From positions 731,726 through 795,725 of the forward strand of contig CAVOVB010000003.1 of assembly GCA_963699755.1 (NCBI GenBank): a stretch of 64,000 bases of DNA, in the 5' to 3' direction. The notes under the pieces are model-generated. The model saw only the letters and a list, made by a program, of their open reading frames with translations, was not told where the DNA came from and ran no database searches. Source of the stretch: an uncultured delta proteobacterium. GTDB taxonomy: Bacteria; Myxococcota_A; Polyangia; Polyangiales; Houyiibacteriaceae. Shown here one piece after another: positions 38,134 through 48,000 of the stretch (position 1 is the stretch's first letter; the number at the start of each line of letters is the position of its first letter). The position numbers and the translations under genes are program-made.

Positions 38134-38629
38134 GCTGTTTCCGTGGATCTCCGGAGACCTCGAAATCGACAAATCGGTCATGGACGCAATCGAGCAACAC
38201 GCGCTCGAATGCTATCCGAGCGAGAGTTGTGGGTTCGTCTTCGGACCGGCCGAGCAACCTGCCCTTCTCGACGCGCTTCAGCGCGAAGAAAACGAAGCTG
38301 ACAAGTACCATCGGCTCGATCCAGTCACGTTTCCGCGCACCTCGAATACCTATTTCAAGATCAACGAGCTACGCGCGGCCCGCACCTTCGAGCAGGGGCA
38401 ACGCGACGGCCGGCCGGTAAAGGTCATCTACCACTCGCACTGCGACGCGGGTGCGTACTTCTCAGACGAAGATGCGGCGACCTTTGCCAACGGAGGCCAG
38501 CTGATGTGGCCGTGCGCCTACATCGTCGTGAGCATCATGCACGGTGAGGTCGCCGAGCGGCGCCTCTGGGTGCACGAGCCGGGGACAAACGGTTTCCGAG
38601 AATCGACCCTGGCCATTCGAGAGCCCTGA
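38123..38629 (+). CDS. JAB/MPN+ metalloprotease (Mec-like)
   Basis: YPSESCG...YHSHCDAGAYFSDED. Confidence 0.9.
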   Translation: MSGELFPWISGDLEIDKSVMDAIEQHALECYPSESCGFVFGPAEQPALLDALQREENEADKYHRLDPVTFPRTSNTYFKINELRAARTFEQGQRDGRPVKVIYHSHCDAGAYFSDEDAATFANGGQLMWPCAYIVVSIMHGEVAERRLWVHEPGTNGFRESTLAIREP

Positions 38630-38679
38630 CATTGGCGCTTGCCAAGCAGCTCAACCCCCCATGCAACAGCTCTGACAGC

Positions 38680-39042
38680 TCAGTCGCTGTGGCGCTGACG
38701 CTCACGGAGACGGGCCTTCTTGCCACGCAGATCGCGGAGGTAATAAAGGCGCGAACGGCGGACGTGTCCGCTTGCCGTGACCTCGATCTTCTCGATGCGC
38801 GGCGAGTGGATTGGAAAGATGCGCTCGACGCCAACGCCGCCGGAGACCTTGCGGACCGCGAAGGTCGCGCCTGCTCCACCGCGCGACTTGCGGATCACAA
38901 CGCCTTTGAAGACCTGGATCCGCTCCTTTTCGCCCTCCCGAATTCGGAAATGGACGTTCACCGTGTCACCTACGCGGAACGGGGTGAGCTCACGGAGCTG
39001 CGACTTCTCGATCGCATCGATTTCAGGAACAGTTCCACTCAT
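38680..39042 (-). CDS. rplS: 50S ribosomal protein L19
   Basis: [26 protein letters not shown] and [10 protein letters not shown] motifs. Confidence 0.97.
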   Translation of the reverse strand: MSGTVPEIDAIEKSQLRELTPFRVGDTVNVHFRIREGEKERIQVFKGVVIRKSRGGAGATFAVRKVSGGVGVERIFPIHSPRIEKIEVTASGHVRRSRLYYLRDLRGKKARLRERQRHSD

Positions 39043-39095
39043 CACTAGGCCTCTTACGAAACGGAGCCCGGAGTTAGCACGGGGGCAAAACTGGG

Positions 39096-39677
39096 TCAAA
39101 CGGGGTTGTTTGCTGCGGATTTCAACGCGAAAAGTCGATCCAAGGTGATGGCGACGGATGCACGAACCGAAAGGTGATTGAACTCGCTCGGCCCTTCGAT
39201 CGGTTCGAGAAACACGTCTGCACGCTGTAAGACACGGTCGCTCAGGCCGTGGCCGGTGCCGAAGAGCAGGAGCGTCGGCCGGGATTCGGTTCGCAGGCGT
39301 TCGGCTTCCTCGGCGTAGCTGCTCCGGTCGGGCCCGCCCTTGGCCGAAGTCACGACCAGGCGGGGTGTTTTCCCCGTTTCGGCCTCGATGGCGGCGATCG
39401 CGTCGTCCAGCGAGTGGCAAAGGCGCACGAGGGCGATGGCCTCTCCCCGCTCCGGAAAGCGGCTCGTTCCCGCGCCCGAGGTCCAATGATCGATGATCTT
39501 CTGCACCACGGGATGCTGGGCATCGATCGGGCTGACGACGAAGTAGCCGCGCAGGCCATAGGTGCGCGCGCTTCGGGCGATGTCGTGGACATCGAGGTTG
39601 GTCACGGAGGTGGTGACTTCTTCGCCTTGCCGGTTGACGACCGGGTGGTGGATGAGGGCGCAGTAGACGGGGGGCAC
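39096..39677 (-). CDS. SPOUT RNA methyltransferase (trmD-associated family)
   Basis: [26 protein letters not shown] and NHLSVRAS motifs. Confidence 0.88.
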   Translation of the reverse strand: MPPVYCALIHHPVVNRQGEEVTTSVTNLDVHDIARSARTYGLRGYFVVSPIDAQHPVVQKIIDHWTSGAGTSRFPERGEAIALVRLCHSLDDAIAAIEAETGKTPRLVVTSAKGGPDRSSYAEEAERLRTESRPTLLLFGTGHGLSDRVLQRADVFLEPIEGPSEFNHLSVRASVAITLDRLFALKSAANNPV

Positions 39678-39834
39678 GGGGGGACGTGTATCACGGGGGC
39701 GGTGCCAGCGTCAGTGTCGCTGTCGGCGTCAGCGCCAGTGCCGGTGAACGGGTCTGGGGCCGAGGGGCCGAGACCGTAGGGTCCTAGACCCTTGCTCGGG
39801 AACGGGATCGGGCGCTGGGCCATCCTCCCCGCAT

Positions 39835-40105
39835 GTGCCGCAGCTATCCCTCGTCGACCTTTGGATCTGTGCGCTGGTATTTCTCGGCGTTGGCATCGCG
39901 TTCACTGTGATGCCGCAGGAGATGTTTGCACCACTTGGGCCCGTGGTCTTCGATGGTGGGCATCGACCGGCCCCAGGTGCCGATGATGTCCGCGTTGCTG
40001 ATATTGGAAGCGGCAGGCGCTGTGTTTGTGCTGTCCGGACTGCTCGTCCTCGGGCGGCGGGGTTTGCTTACACCGCCCGCGTCGGCGAACCGGCCTAGTG
40101 CTTGA
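39835..40105 (+). pseudogene. Degraded DUF4345-like membrane protein
   Basis: Hydrophobic N-terminus (LWICALVFLGVGIAF); a hydrophobic C-terminus (IDRPQVPMMSALLILEAAGAVFVL) lies in another frame. Confidence 0.45.
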
Positions 40106-40271
40106 TGAGCCAGGAGACTCGCTCGTACGACCAGGTGTAGTGAATCAGCACGACGGCCATCGCGATTGCGACGCGCCACCAAGAGTCTGTTTGCGCCCAG
40201 CCCCAGTAACCCAACGCGGCGAGGGCGAGCATCTCCAGGACAAAGCGGAGTGCGAGGTTGGCTGAGCTCAT
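40095..40271 (-). pseudogene. Internally deleted YrdB/DUF2568-like protein (58 aa)
   Basis: NLALRFVLEMLALAALGYWGW is joined directly to VVLIHYTWSYERVSWL; the middle of the family appears absent. Confidence 0.55.
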
Positions 40272-40999
40272 TGGTCCTCTGTGATCTCCCTCAGGAGTGC
40301 CCTATCCACGTCCGACAGATCTGCGGTGTTCAGCAAGTCCGGCCTCCGTTCCAGCGTTCGCCTGAGCGATTCCTTCCGCCTCCAGCGTGCAATGGCCGCG
40401 TGGTTTCCGGAGCGCAAAACGTCAGGCACCTTCACGCCGCGGAACTCTTCGGGGCGTGTGTACTGGGGGTATTCGAGCAGGCCGTCGGCGTGCGATTCGT
40501 CGCTTGCCGATTCGTCGTTCCCAAGGACGCCTGGGAGCAAGCGTGCGGTGGCTTCGATCACCGCGAGTGCCGCCACCTCTCCGCCGAGCAACACGAAGTC
40601 GCCCAAGGAAATCTCTTCGTCGACCAAGCCGCGAATGCGTTCGTCGAAGCCTTCGTAGCGACCGCAGACAAGCGTCAGTGAATCGAGCTCGGAGAAGCGG
40701 CGTGCATGGGCTTGTGAGAAGCGCACGCCCTGCGGGGTGAGGAGAACCCGGTGTGTGGGCTTTCCTCCCCTGGCTTCGTCGAAATGGTCCAGGGTCTCGG
40801 CAATCGGTCCCGGCATCAGAACCATCCCGCTCCCTCCGCCGTACGGCTTGTCGTCTACAGTGCGGTGACGATCGCTGGTGAACTTGCGCGGCGTGGTCGC
40901 CTGTACCTCGATCGTGCCGGCGTCCTGGGCTTTTCCGAGCAGACCCTCGTGCAAGACGTCGAAGAGCTCGGGAAAGAGCGTGACGATCTCAAATCGCAT
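40268..40999 (-). CDS. trmD: tRNA (guanine37-N1)-methyltransferase
   Basis: VDDKPYGGGSGM, CGRYEGFDER, SLGDFVLLGGE and LEYPQYTRP motifs. Confidence 0.97.
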   Translation of the reverse strand: MRFEIVTLFPELFDVLHEGLLGKAQDAGTIEVQATTPRKFTSDRHRTVDDKPYGGGSGMVLMPGPIAETLDHFDEARGGKPTHRVLLTPQGVRFSQAHARRFSELDSLTLVCGRYEGFDERIRGLVDEEISLGDFVLLGGEVAALAVIEATARLLPGVLGNDESASDESHADGLLEYPQYTRPEEFRGVKVPDVLRSGNHAAIARWRRKESLRRTLERRPDLLNTADLSDVDRALLREITEDQ

Positions 41000-41538
41000 C
41001 AGCGACTTTTCTGCAGAGGAATGTCATCGAGGTCTTTCAGGTGCACCTTGCCAGCCTCTACGTCGATTCGGTCGAGCCACTTGGGGAGCATCGGGACCTC
41101 GAGGAAACCACCTGGGCGTTCGATCTTCAAGCATTCGGCGCTCGGGTAGTCGAGGACGTCGACCACCTTGCCGATGGATTCGCTGCCTTCGAACGCTTCG
41201 AGCCCGATGAGATCGGCGTGGTAGTACTCGCCGTCCTCGAGCTCGGGCAACGCTTCGCGCGGGACGCACAGTCTGTAGCCACGAAGTGCCTCTGCGTCTT
41301 CGCGCGAGCGCACGCCCTCCAAGCGCATGAGCAAGGCTTTCGGACCGCGCCGCGCGGACACGACCTCGACAAGTGCAGGCTTTTCATCCGCTTCGCCGAT
41401 GAGAAAGACTTCGCCGAGCTCTTCGAGCAGCGTCGATTCCGGATTGAAGACGTGCACGCGGAGCTCGCCCTTCACCCCCTGCGGCCGTGCGACTACGCCG
41501 AGCTCAATCCAGGAAACCGCATCGGCACGTGTGCTCAC
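40999..41538 (-). CDS. rimM: Ribosome maturation factor RimM
   Basis: PQGVKGELRV, REDAEALRG and GEYYHADLIGL motifs; operon position. Confidence 0.93.
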   Translation of the reverse strand: MSTRADAVSWIELGVVARPQGVKGELRVHVFNPESTLLEELGEVFLIGEADEKPALVEVVSARRGPKALLMRLEGVRSREDAEALRGYRLCVPREALPELEDGEYYHADLIGLEAFEGSESIGKVVDVLDYPSAECLKIERPGGFLEVPMLPKWLDRIDVEAGKVHLKDLDDIPLQKSR

Positions 41539-41568
41539 GGGTGCCTTTCATACCCCCGGGGCAGAGGG

Positions 41569-41826
41569 TTACTCGAGAATGTCGAGCACGGCGCGCTTGC
41601 GAAGGCGAGCTGAGGTCGCGGCCAAGAGCGTGCGCATTGCGCGGGCGGTGCGCCCTTCTTTTCCGATGACCTTCCCTAGGTCGTCGGGGGCCACGGTGAG
41701 CTCGAGCACGACGGCGCGTTCTTCTTCGACCACGTTCACCTCGACCGCGTCCGGGTCGTCCACCAGCGAGCTCGCGATGTACGCGATGAGGTCCTGAAGC
41801 TTGTCTCCAGCCACTTCGGTGCCCAC
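41569..41826 (-). CDS. khpA: KH-domain RNA-binding protein
   Basis: DLGKVIGKEGRTARAMR; lies downstream of rpsP. Confidence 0.92.
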   Translation of the reverse strand: MGTEVAGDKLQDLIAYIASSLVDDPDAVEVNVVEEERAVVLELTVAPDDLGKVIGKEGRTARAMRTLLAATSARLRKRAVLDILE

Positions 41827-42090
41827 CTAGGAAGCCGCTGCCGTGTCGGCGGCTGCCTTCTTGTGCTCTTTGGCGATGTCGCGGACGCGATCGCTGACCT
41901 GGGCGCCGACGCCAACCCAATACTCGAGGCGGGATTGGTCGACGCTGGCCTCTGCGATGGGGCGGCTCGGGTCGTAGGTGCCGATCTGTTCGATAAATCG
42001 CCCGTCGCGGGGCTTTTCCTTATCGGTGACGACGATGTGGTAATAGGGACGCTTTTTGGCGCCGGCGCGTGACAGTCGAACCTTGACCAT
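41827..42090 (-). CDS. rpsP: 30S ribosomal protein S16
   Basis: MVKVRLSRAGAKKRPYYHIVV...RDGRFIE. Confidence 0.97.
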   Translation of the reverse strand: MVKVRLSRAGAKKRPYYHIVVTDKEKPRDGRFIEQIGTYDPSRPIAEASVDQSRLEYWVGVGAQVSDRVRDIAKEHKKAAADTAAAS

Positions 42091-42219
42091 GGATTCCTCG
42101 TGTGGGGCGGGCCGAGCCCAGCCGAAAGACGCCGGAAACTAGTCAGAGCCTGCCTCGCCGTCAAGCCGACCGCCTGCCTCGCTTTTGCGGCTTGGCGCTT
42201 GGTTGCTAGAAGCAATGGG

Positions 42220-43746
42220 ATGCGATGCTTCCTTGCCCTATTGGCCCTGGCCCTGAGCTTGGTTCTCGGTGTGGGTTGTAGCCGAGGCCAGCCAAAGGGC
42301 GCTGATCGTTCCGAGCAGCCCAGCGTTCGAATTGCCCTGGTCAGCGACCTCAAGGGCTACCTCGAGCCCTGTGGCTGTACGAGCGACCCCCTTGGAGGCA
42401 TCGACCGTCTCGCCGCTCAGATTCGTGCACTCCGCAAAGGGCCTGCCCCCACACTCTTTCTGATCGCCGGAGACGCGTTCTTCGACACGGCTGCGATCGA
42501 ACCGGCGCGCGTCGACCAGGCGAGTCGCAACGCAAAGACGCTCACCGGGATTCTCAATGGCCTAAACGTCGAGGCCGTTCTGCCAGGGGCAAGTGATCGC
42601 GCACAGCCTTCCAAGACCCTCGACGCCTTGAGGGAAGCATCCGATTTCCCCTGGCTCGCCATGGAGACCGACACCGAGCTGGTGCGGGCGACAGCTGGAG
42701 GGCTGCGACTCGCGATCATCGGGGTGCGTCCCGGCGCGGACCCCGAAGCTTTCAAGGCGGAGGTCGCTGCGGCGCAGGCGGATTCCGATCTAACGATCGC
42801 GTTAATCGATGGGTCGCGCCGTGATGCCAATCGCATCGGTGCCATCGACGGAGTCGACTTCGTGATTCAGGGCGGGCTCGATGAAGATGATCCGATTGCT
42901 CCCCGCGAGGCGGGCCGGGCCTGGCTGTTGCACGCGAGCCGGCAGGGCCAGGGGCTCACCGTCGTCGATGTGTACCTGAAGAACAAAGACGAACCCTTTG
43001 TCGATCGCAGCGACTGGTCTCGTTCCGAACGCGCTGGACAGCTGGAGGAACAGATCTCGGAGCTCCGCAAGAAGATCGCGGCATGGGAAGAATCAGGGGA
43101 AGCAGAAGCCGCGGACCTCGACGCTCAGCGCGCGCGCCTCGCCGGCCTGGAGAAAGAACGGCAGGCTCTCGACGGGCAGGCGCCACAAACGGACGGCAAT
43201 GAGCTGTTCGCGACTTGGATTCCGCTCCCGAAGAAAGCGCCGAAAGACCGGCAGGTCGAAGCGCTCATGCGTAAGCACGACAAGACCGTGAACGACGCCA
43301 ATCGTCTCGCGTTTGCGGATCTCAAGCCTCCGCCGCTTGGACCGGGCGACATTGCCTACGTGGGGTCGGCGGCGTGCGGTGCTTGTCACCAGCCTGCCCA
43401 TTCCTGGTGGCGCAATCATGCGCATGGACTGGCATATCGTACGCTGCAGGAGCGCAACAAGGAGTTCAATCTGGACTGCGTGGAATGTCACGTCACCGGC
43501 TACGAGCAGCCAGGGGGATCGACGGTGACCCAGAATCTCGATGGCGCACTGGTCAACGTCGGATGCGAAAGTTGTCATGGACCTGGGGCCGCGCACGCGA
43601 AGGACCCAGAGAAGGTTGGCATTCTCCGAGACACACCCAAGTCGACCTGCCTGCAGTGTCACAACACCCAGCACAGCGACCTCTTCGACTACGAAGGCTA
43701 CAAGAAGACCTTGGTCGTTCCCGGGCACGGCCTTCCGCCCCCCTGA
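42220..43746 (+). CDS. Lipoprotein: phosphoesterase-like domain with CGC, coiled coil and tetraheme cytochrome c
   Basis: Lipobox LGVGC; GYLEPCGC; four CxxCH motifs (CGACH, CVECH, CESCH, CLQCH). Confidence 0.85.
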   Translation: MRCFLALLALALSLVLGVGCSRGQPKGADRSEQPSVRIALVSDLKGYLEPCGCTSDPLGGIDRLAAQIRALRKGPAPTLFLIAGDAFFDTAAIEPARVDQASRNAKTLTGILNGLNVEAVLPGASDRAQPSKTLDALREASDFPWLAMETDTELVRATAGGLRLAIIGVRPGADPEAFKAEVAAAQADSDLTIALIDGSRRDANRIGAIDGVDFVIQGGLDEDDPIAPREAGRAWLLHASRQGQGLTVVDVYLKNKDEPFVDRSDWSRSERAGQLEEQISELRKKIAAWEESGEAEAADLDAQRARLAGLEKERQALDGQAPQTDGNELFATWIPLPKKAPKDRQVEALMRKHDKTVNDANRLAFADLKPPPLGPGDIAYVGSAACGACHQPAHSWWRNHAHGLAYRTLQERNKEFNLDCVECHVTGYEQPGGSTVTQNLDGALVNVGCESCHGPGAAHAKDPEKVGILRDTPKSTCLQCHNTQHSDLFDYEGYKKTLVVPGHGLPPP

Positions 43747-43786
43747 AGTCGAGACGATGCGGCGACCGCGGTGAGCCTCGGGTGGC

Positions 43787-44200
43787 TCAAAGCTCCAGAG
43801 ACCGGGGCTTCACGTTGTTGCGAATCCATTGGACGATCTCGTCGAGGGGCGCGCCAGGGGTGAAGATGGCGCCGACCCCTTTTTTGAGGAGCGAGGCCAG
43901 GTCGTCCTCCGGGACGATGCCGCCACCAAAGACCAGGATGTCGTGGGCGCCGTGCGCCGACAGCGCGTCCATCACCGCGGGGAACAAGGTGTTGTGCGCG
44001 CCGGACATGACCGACAGGCCCACCGCGTCGACGTCCTCTTGAACCGCGGCTACGGCAATCATTTCCGGCGTCTGGTGGAGCCCGGTATACACCACCTCGA
44101 ACCCTGCATCGCGGAGCGCGCGAGCCACGACTTTGGCTCCGCGATCATGGCCGTCGAGACCGGGCTTGGCGACGAGAATTCGGATTTTGGGGGCGGACAT
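43787..44200 (-). CDS. Cobalamin-binding subunit of an acyl-CoA mutase
   Basis: [23 protein letters not shown] and FTPG motifs. Confidence 0.93.
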   Translation of the reverse strand: MSAPKIRILVAKPGLDGHDRGAKVVARALRDAGFEVVYTGLHQTPEMIAVAAVQEDVDAVGLSVMSGAHNTLFPAVMDALSAHGAHDILVFGGGIVPEDDLASLLKKGVGAIFTPGAPLDEIVQWIRNNVKPRSLEL

Positions 44201-44292
44201 CGGGGGAGGTTTACTTCAGCGACAGGGGCGGCGCCACCGGCACCGGCAGTGCTAGCGTCAGCATCGGCGCTGGCGATGGTATAATCCCCCTC

Positions 44293-45222
44293 ATGCTTTG
44301 GCCTCGCTCGATTGGTGCGAGTCTTCGGGGTGAAATTCCCGATGTAAGGCCCGACGTCGAAGCCTGGTGTGAGGCCGAAGGGATTGCGCGGCCGACCGAT
44401 GCGCTGCTTGCGGATTTCTACGTGCCGATGACCGCATGGCTCGCCGATCACGTCGAGGATCGGATGCTGGTGTTTGGGATCAATGGTGCGCAGGGGACGG
44501 GAAAGTCGACCTTGGCTCGTCTGCTGCAACGACTTCTCGGGCGCGTCCATGGGGTTCGGGCGGCGATCCTCTCGCTCGACGACCTCTATCTGAGCAAGGC
44601 GCAGCGACTCCAACGCGCGCAGGTGATTCATCCCTTGCTCGCGACACGGGGTCTCCCCGGCACCCACGACGTCAACCTGGGCATTCGCGTTCTTGCTTGT
44701 CTTCGCGAAGGCCGGCCGATTGCTCTGCCGAGGTTCGATAAAGCGAAAGACGAACGCTGGAAGGTTGCCGACTGGCCGCCTTGGACGGGCCGTTGCGACC
44801 TGGTGATTTTCGAAGGCTGGTGCGTCGGCGCGCGACCGCAACGAGCCGATGAGCTCGGAATGCCCGTCAACGAGCTCGAGCGGCTGGAAGATCCGACGGG
44901 GGATTGGCGTTGGTACGTGAACCGTGAGCTTGGTGGGAGTTATCAGGCGCTATTCTCCGAGCTTGACATACTGTTGATGCTGCGCCCGCCGGGCTTCGAT
45001 GAGGTCTACGCTTGGCGCGAAGAGCAGGAAGCACGCTTGCGCGCTACCGGTGGTGGTCCCGAAGTCATGACGCCGGCCGAGGTGCGGCGATTCGTCATGC
45101 ACTTCGAGCGCCTGACGCGATTCATGTGGGAAGAGATGCCGGGGCGCGCCGATGCAGTCGTGTACCTCGGCAAAGACCACTTGCCGGCGGAGGTCGAGCT
45201 CGGCGACGAGCGCCAACGCTAG
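44293..45222 (+). CDS. P-loop kinase, D-glycerate 3-kinase-like
   Basis: GAQGTGKST, SLDDLY, RGLPGTHD, FEGWCVG and WREEQE motifs. Confidence 0.85.
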   Translation: MLWPRSIGASLRGEIPDVRPDVEAWCEAEGIARPTDALLADFYVPMTAWLADHVEDRMLVFGINGAQGTGKSTLARLLQRLLGRVHGVRAAILSLDDLYLSKAQRLQRAQVIHPLLATRGLPGTHDVNLGIRVLACLREGRPIALPRFDKAKDERWKVADWPPWTGRCDLVIFEGWCVGARPQRADELGMPVNELERLEDPTGDWRWYVNRELGGSYQALFSELDILLMLRPPGFDEVYAWREEQEARLRATGGGPEVMTPAEVRRFVMHFERLTRFMWEEMPGRADAVVYLGKDHLPAEVELGDERQR

Positions 45223-45887
45223 CTCGCCTTGTTGCGGGTTTCTTCTTCCACGTCCTGATCAAAGTCGCCGACTGGGCCGTCGTACATCTCTTTGGAGTAG
45301 TGCGTCGCAAAGGCGTTCATCATCTGGTCGAACGGCAGGTCGTCGAACTCGCCGTGGAAGCGCAGATACTCCATGTGTCGATGGCCATCGAGGTCGAAGG
45401 GGTGATAGATCGAATCCGCGGTCCCATCGAATTCCAAGGCCTTCATGCGGAACTTGTCGCAAAGCTCGATGTTGAAGGCCGGGGTCGCCTTCACCCATTG
45501 GCCAGCAAGCGCAATCGCGGTGTACCCGTGCCAATAGAACACGTCGGTCTTCATCGTTTGGCGCATGCGTGCTGTCGAGAGGTGGTTTCGCACGTCCGCG
45601 AAGCCGAGCCGCGCGGGAATTCCGAGGGCCCGGCACGCGGCCGCGAGCAGAATCGCCTTGGGCACACACCATGCGCGACCGAGCTCCAGGGTGCGGCTCG
45701 CTCTCAAGCCTGGTGTGGTCAACACGAGCTCATAGGGGTCGTATCGAATCCCGTCGCGGACAGCGTAATAGAGGCTGACCGCCTGCTCGCGAGGGTCGCT
45801 CGTGGCCCCGACGCTGCCTTTCGCGAAGGAGACGACCGCGGGATGATCGCAATCGATCGTCGGAGTAGGCGCCAAGGCGTCGTTCAT
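45219..45887 (-). CDS. Transglutaminase-like protein
   Basis: VRDGIRYDPY, WCVPKA, FADVRNHL, HGY and WVKATPAFN motifs. Confidence 0.85.
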   Translation of the reverse strand: MNDALAPTPTIDCDHPAVVSFAKGSVGATSDPREQAVSLYYAVRDGIRYDPYELVLTTPGLRASRTLELGRAWCVPKAILLAAACRALGIPARLGFADVRNHLSTARMRQTMKTDVFYWHGYTAIALAGQWVKATPAFNIELCDKFRMKALEFDGTADSIYHPFDLDGHRHMEYLRFHGEFDDLPFDQMMNAFATHYSKEMYDGPVGDFDQDVEEETRNKAS

Positions 45888-46969
45888 GGGAGAGATTGTG
45901 ACCCATCAGTCACACCCGTGCAGCTGGACCCGGAGCCAGCCGCGCAGCCGTAGCAGTGCCGGTTGGTTTGAATCGTCCGGGCCTCGAGCTTGGCGAGGTC
46001 GAAGTCGCGGATGTGCCGCGGGGCCTGGTCCGATACGGGGATGTCGAGCATCTGGTTGAAGTCGCAATCGTGCAGGCGCCCATCCCAGCCAACCGAAATC
46101 ATGCTTCGGCACATCAGCCCATGCGCGGCTTGCGGATTGAATGATTCGATCAGCTGCCGCATGTAGGCTTCGAGATGATCCGATTCGATGAGCCAGTCGA
46201 GATAGCGGCTGATCGGCATGTTCGTGATCGTGTAGAGCGAGTCGAAAGACACGTCGTGCAGTCGTTTCATCTCCCGTTTCCACTCCACTTCGAGGCACGC
46301 CTGGGCCGCGGGAAGCATCGCGCCAACCGGATTGGTAACCAGGACCAAGCGAAGCCCTGAATGGCCATCGCCGTAACCGAGCGCATTGAGGCGGCGGAGC
46401 GCGCGAATGCTCTTGTCGAAGACGCCATCCCCCCTCTGAGTGTCCGTGCAACCCCCTTCGTAGTGAGACAGCGAGCAGACGAGCTCCACCCGATGTCGGG
46501 CAAAGAACGCCGGTAGATCCCGGTGTGCCCCAGTCTCAAGGATCGTGAGGTTGCAACGGTCGATCACGTGCCGATCGAGCGCGGTGCACTGCTCGACCAG
46601 CCAGCGGAAATTCGGATTGAGCTCGGGTGCTCCGCCGGTGATGTCGACGGTCGGGATTGCGTTTCGCCGAAGTGCCTCGACGCAGGCTTCGGCGGTTTCG
46701 CGAGACATCAGCTCTGTGCGATCGGGTCCAGCATCGACGTGGCAGTGACGGCAGGTCTGATTGCAGAGCTTGCCCACGTTGATCTGAAGGACGTCGATCG
46801 CGGTCGGCCGAAGTGGCCGGAGCCCCTCCCCGCTCAGCGCTTCGTGGAAATCGTGTTCGATCGGCAGCCTGCCCAGCTGCGCGAGCTGTCGGTCGGCTTG
46901 GGCCAACGGCAGCCGACGAGCGTGCAGTGAGCGCCTCGGACTTACCTGCGTGTGCGGAACGGATGACAT
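45884..46969 (-). CDS. Radical SAM protein, ArsS/DUF3641 family
   Basis: CNQTCRHCHV, DITGGAPE, DCDFNQML and HCYGCAAGSGSSC motifs. Confidence 0.88.
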   Translation of the reverse strand: MSSVPHTQVSPRRSLHARRLPLAQADRQLAQLGRLPIEHDFHEALSGEGLRPLRPTAIDVLQINVGKLCNQTCRHCHVDAGPDRTELMSRETAEACVEALRRNAIPTVDITGGAPELNPNFRWLVEQCTALDRHVIDRCNLTILETGAHRDLPAFFARHRVELVCSLSHYEGGCTDTQRGDGVFDKSIRALRRLNALGYGDGHSGLRLVLVTNPVGAMLPAAQACLEVEWKREMKRLHDVSFDSLYTITNMPISRYLDWLIESDHLEAYMRQLIESFNPQAAHGLMCRSMISVGWDGRLHDCDFNQMLDIPVSDQAPRHIRDFDLAKLEARTIQTNRHCYGCAAGSGSSCTGVTDGSQSLP

Positions 46970-47148
46970 GATCTGATGGTCGCTGCTTGCCGAGAACCCG
47001 GTACGGAAACGAGGTCGACACGTTAGCAGCCGCGTGCGATCTTGTTAGTGAATATCACAGGCGCGCATCCGGACGGCACTGAGCCCCAAAAGGAAACGGG
47101 GTGAGGCGGACACTGACACTTAGGCCAACCCTGCCCTAGGCTTCGCCG

Positions 47149-47562
47149 GTGACCCCAGCCTACATCATCCGCACACTCAAGCTTTGCCCCCACCCCGAGG
47201 GCGGCCACTATGCAGAAACCTGGCGGCACGACGGCGGCGCCACGCGCGGGGGCGGAACCTCCATCTACTATCTTCTCCAAGCCGGTGAGCGCTCCCATTG
47301 GCATCGGGTCGACGCCACGGAGATCTGGCACTTCTACGGCGGCGCGCCACTGGAGCTGTCGACCTCAGTGGACGGCGGAACGGTGCAGCGCCGAATTCTG
47401 GGCGCGGACCTCGTGGCTGGCCAGCGTCCGCAACTCATCGTGGAGCCGTTCGCGTGGCAAGCAGGCCGTTCGCTCGGTGACTGGACTCTCGTCGGTTGCA
47501 CCGTCTCACCCGCTTTCGACTTCGAGCTCTTCGAGCTTGCGCCTGCGGACTGGAGCCCATAG
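47149..47562 (+). CDS. Cupin (DUF985) protein
   Basis: PHPEGGHY, TSIYYLL, SHWHRVD and GCTVSPAFDF motifs. Confidence 0.9.
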   Translation: MTPAYIIRTLKLCPHPEGGHYAETWRHDGGATRGGGTSIYYLLQAGERSHWHRVDATEIWHFYGGAPLELSTSVDGGTVQRRILGADLVAGQRPQLIVEPFAWQAGRSLGDWTLVGCTVSPAFDFELFELAPADWSP

Positions 47563-47631
47563 ACGCGTCCAAGACGAGTGACGCGTTTTGGGGTGGCGTT
47601 GCCTCCCAGCAATCGCCAGAATCCCGGCGGG

Positions 47632-47991
47632 ATGGAGATCTGGAGAGACTTCAGGTTCGAGGCGGCCCACTTGCTTCCGAACGTGCCGGATGGTCACAAG
47701 TGCAAACGTTTGCACGGCCACTCGTATCGCATTCGGATCTGTGTGGAAGGCGAGCTCGATCCGGAGCGTGGCTGGGTCATTGACTTTGCCGAGATCAGAG
47801 AGGCATGCGAGCCGATTCGGCAACGCTTGGACCACTACTACCTAAACGACATCGAAGGCCTCGAGAACCCGACCAGCGAGGTCCTTGCCCGTTGGATCTG
47901 GCGGCGACTCAAGCCGGAGTTGCCCGTCCTGAGCCGGATTGAGGTGAGCGAGACCTGCACCTCGGGATGTGCGTACCGAGGCGGCGACTGA
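47632..47991 (+). CDS. queD: 6-carboxytetrahydropterin synthase
   Basis: [24 protein letters not shown] and ENPTSE motifs. Confidence 0.95.
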   Translation: MEIWRDFRFEAAHLLPNVPDGHKCKRLHGHSYRIRICVEGELDPERGWVIDFAEIREACEPIRQRLDHYYLNDIEGLENPTSEVLARWIWRRLKPELPVLSRIEVSETCTSGCAYRGGD

Positions 47992-48000
47992 GCCGGGCGT

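Noticed and set aside
34445..38629. E1/JAB/Ubl anti-phage system (CBASS or Bil type)
   Set aside because: There is no E2, cyclase or effector, and the flanking cysteine synthases and CymR-like regulator point to sulfur metabolism.
42360..42390. Selenocysteine recoding in the CGC motif (and in the ArsS C-terminus)
   Set aside because: The codons are ordinary Cys codons and there is no in-frame TGA.
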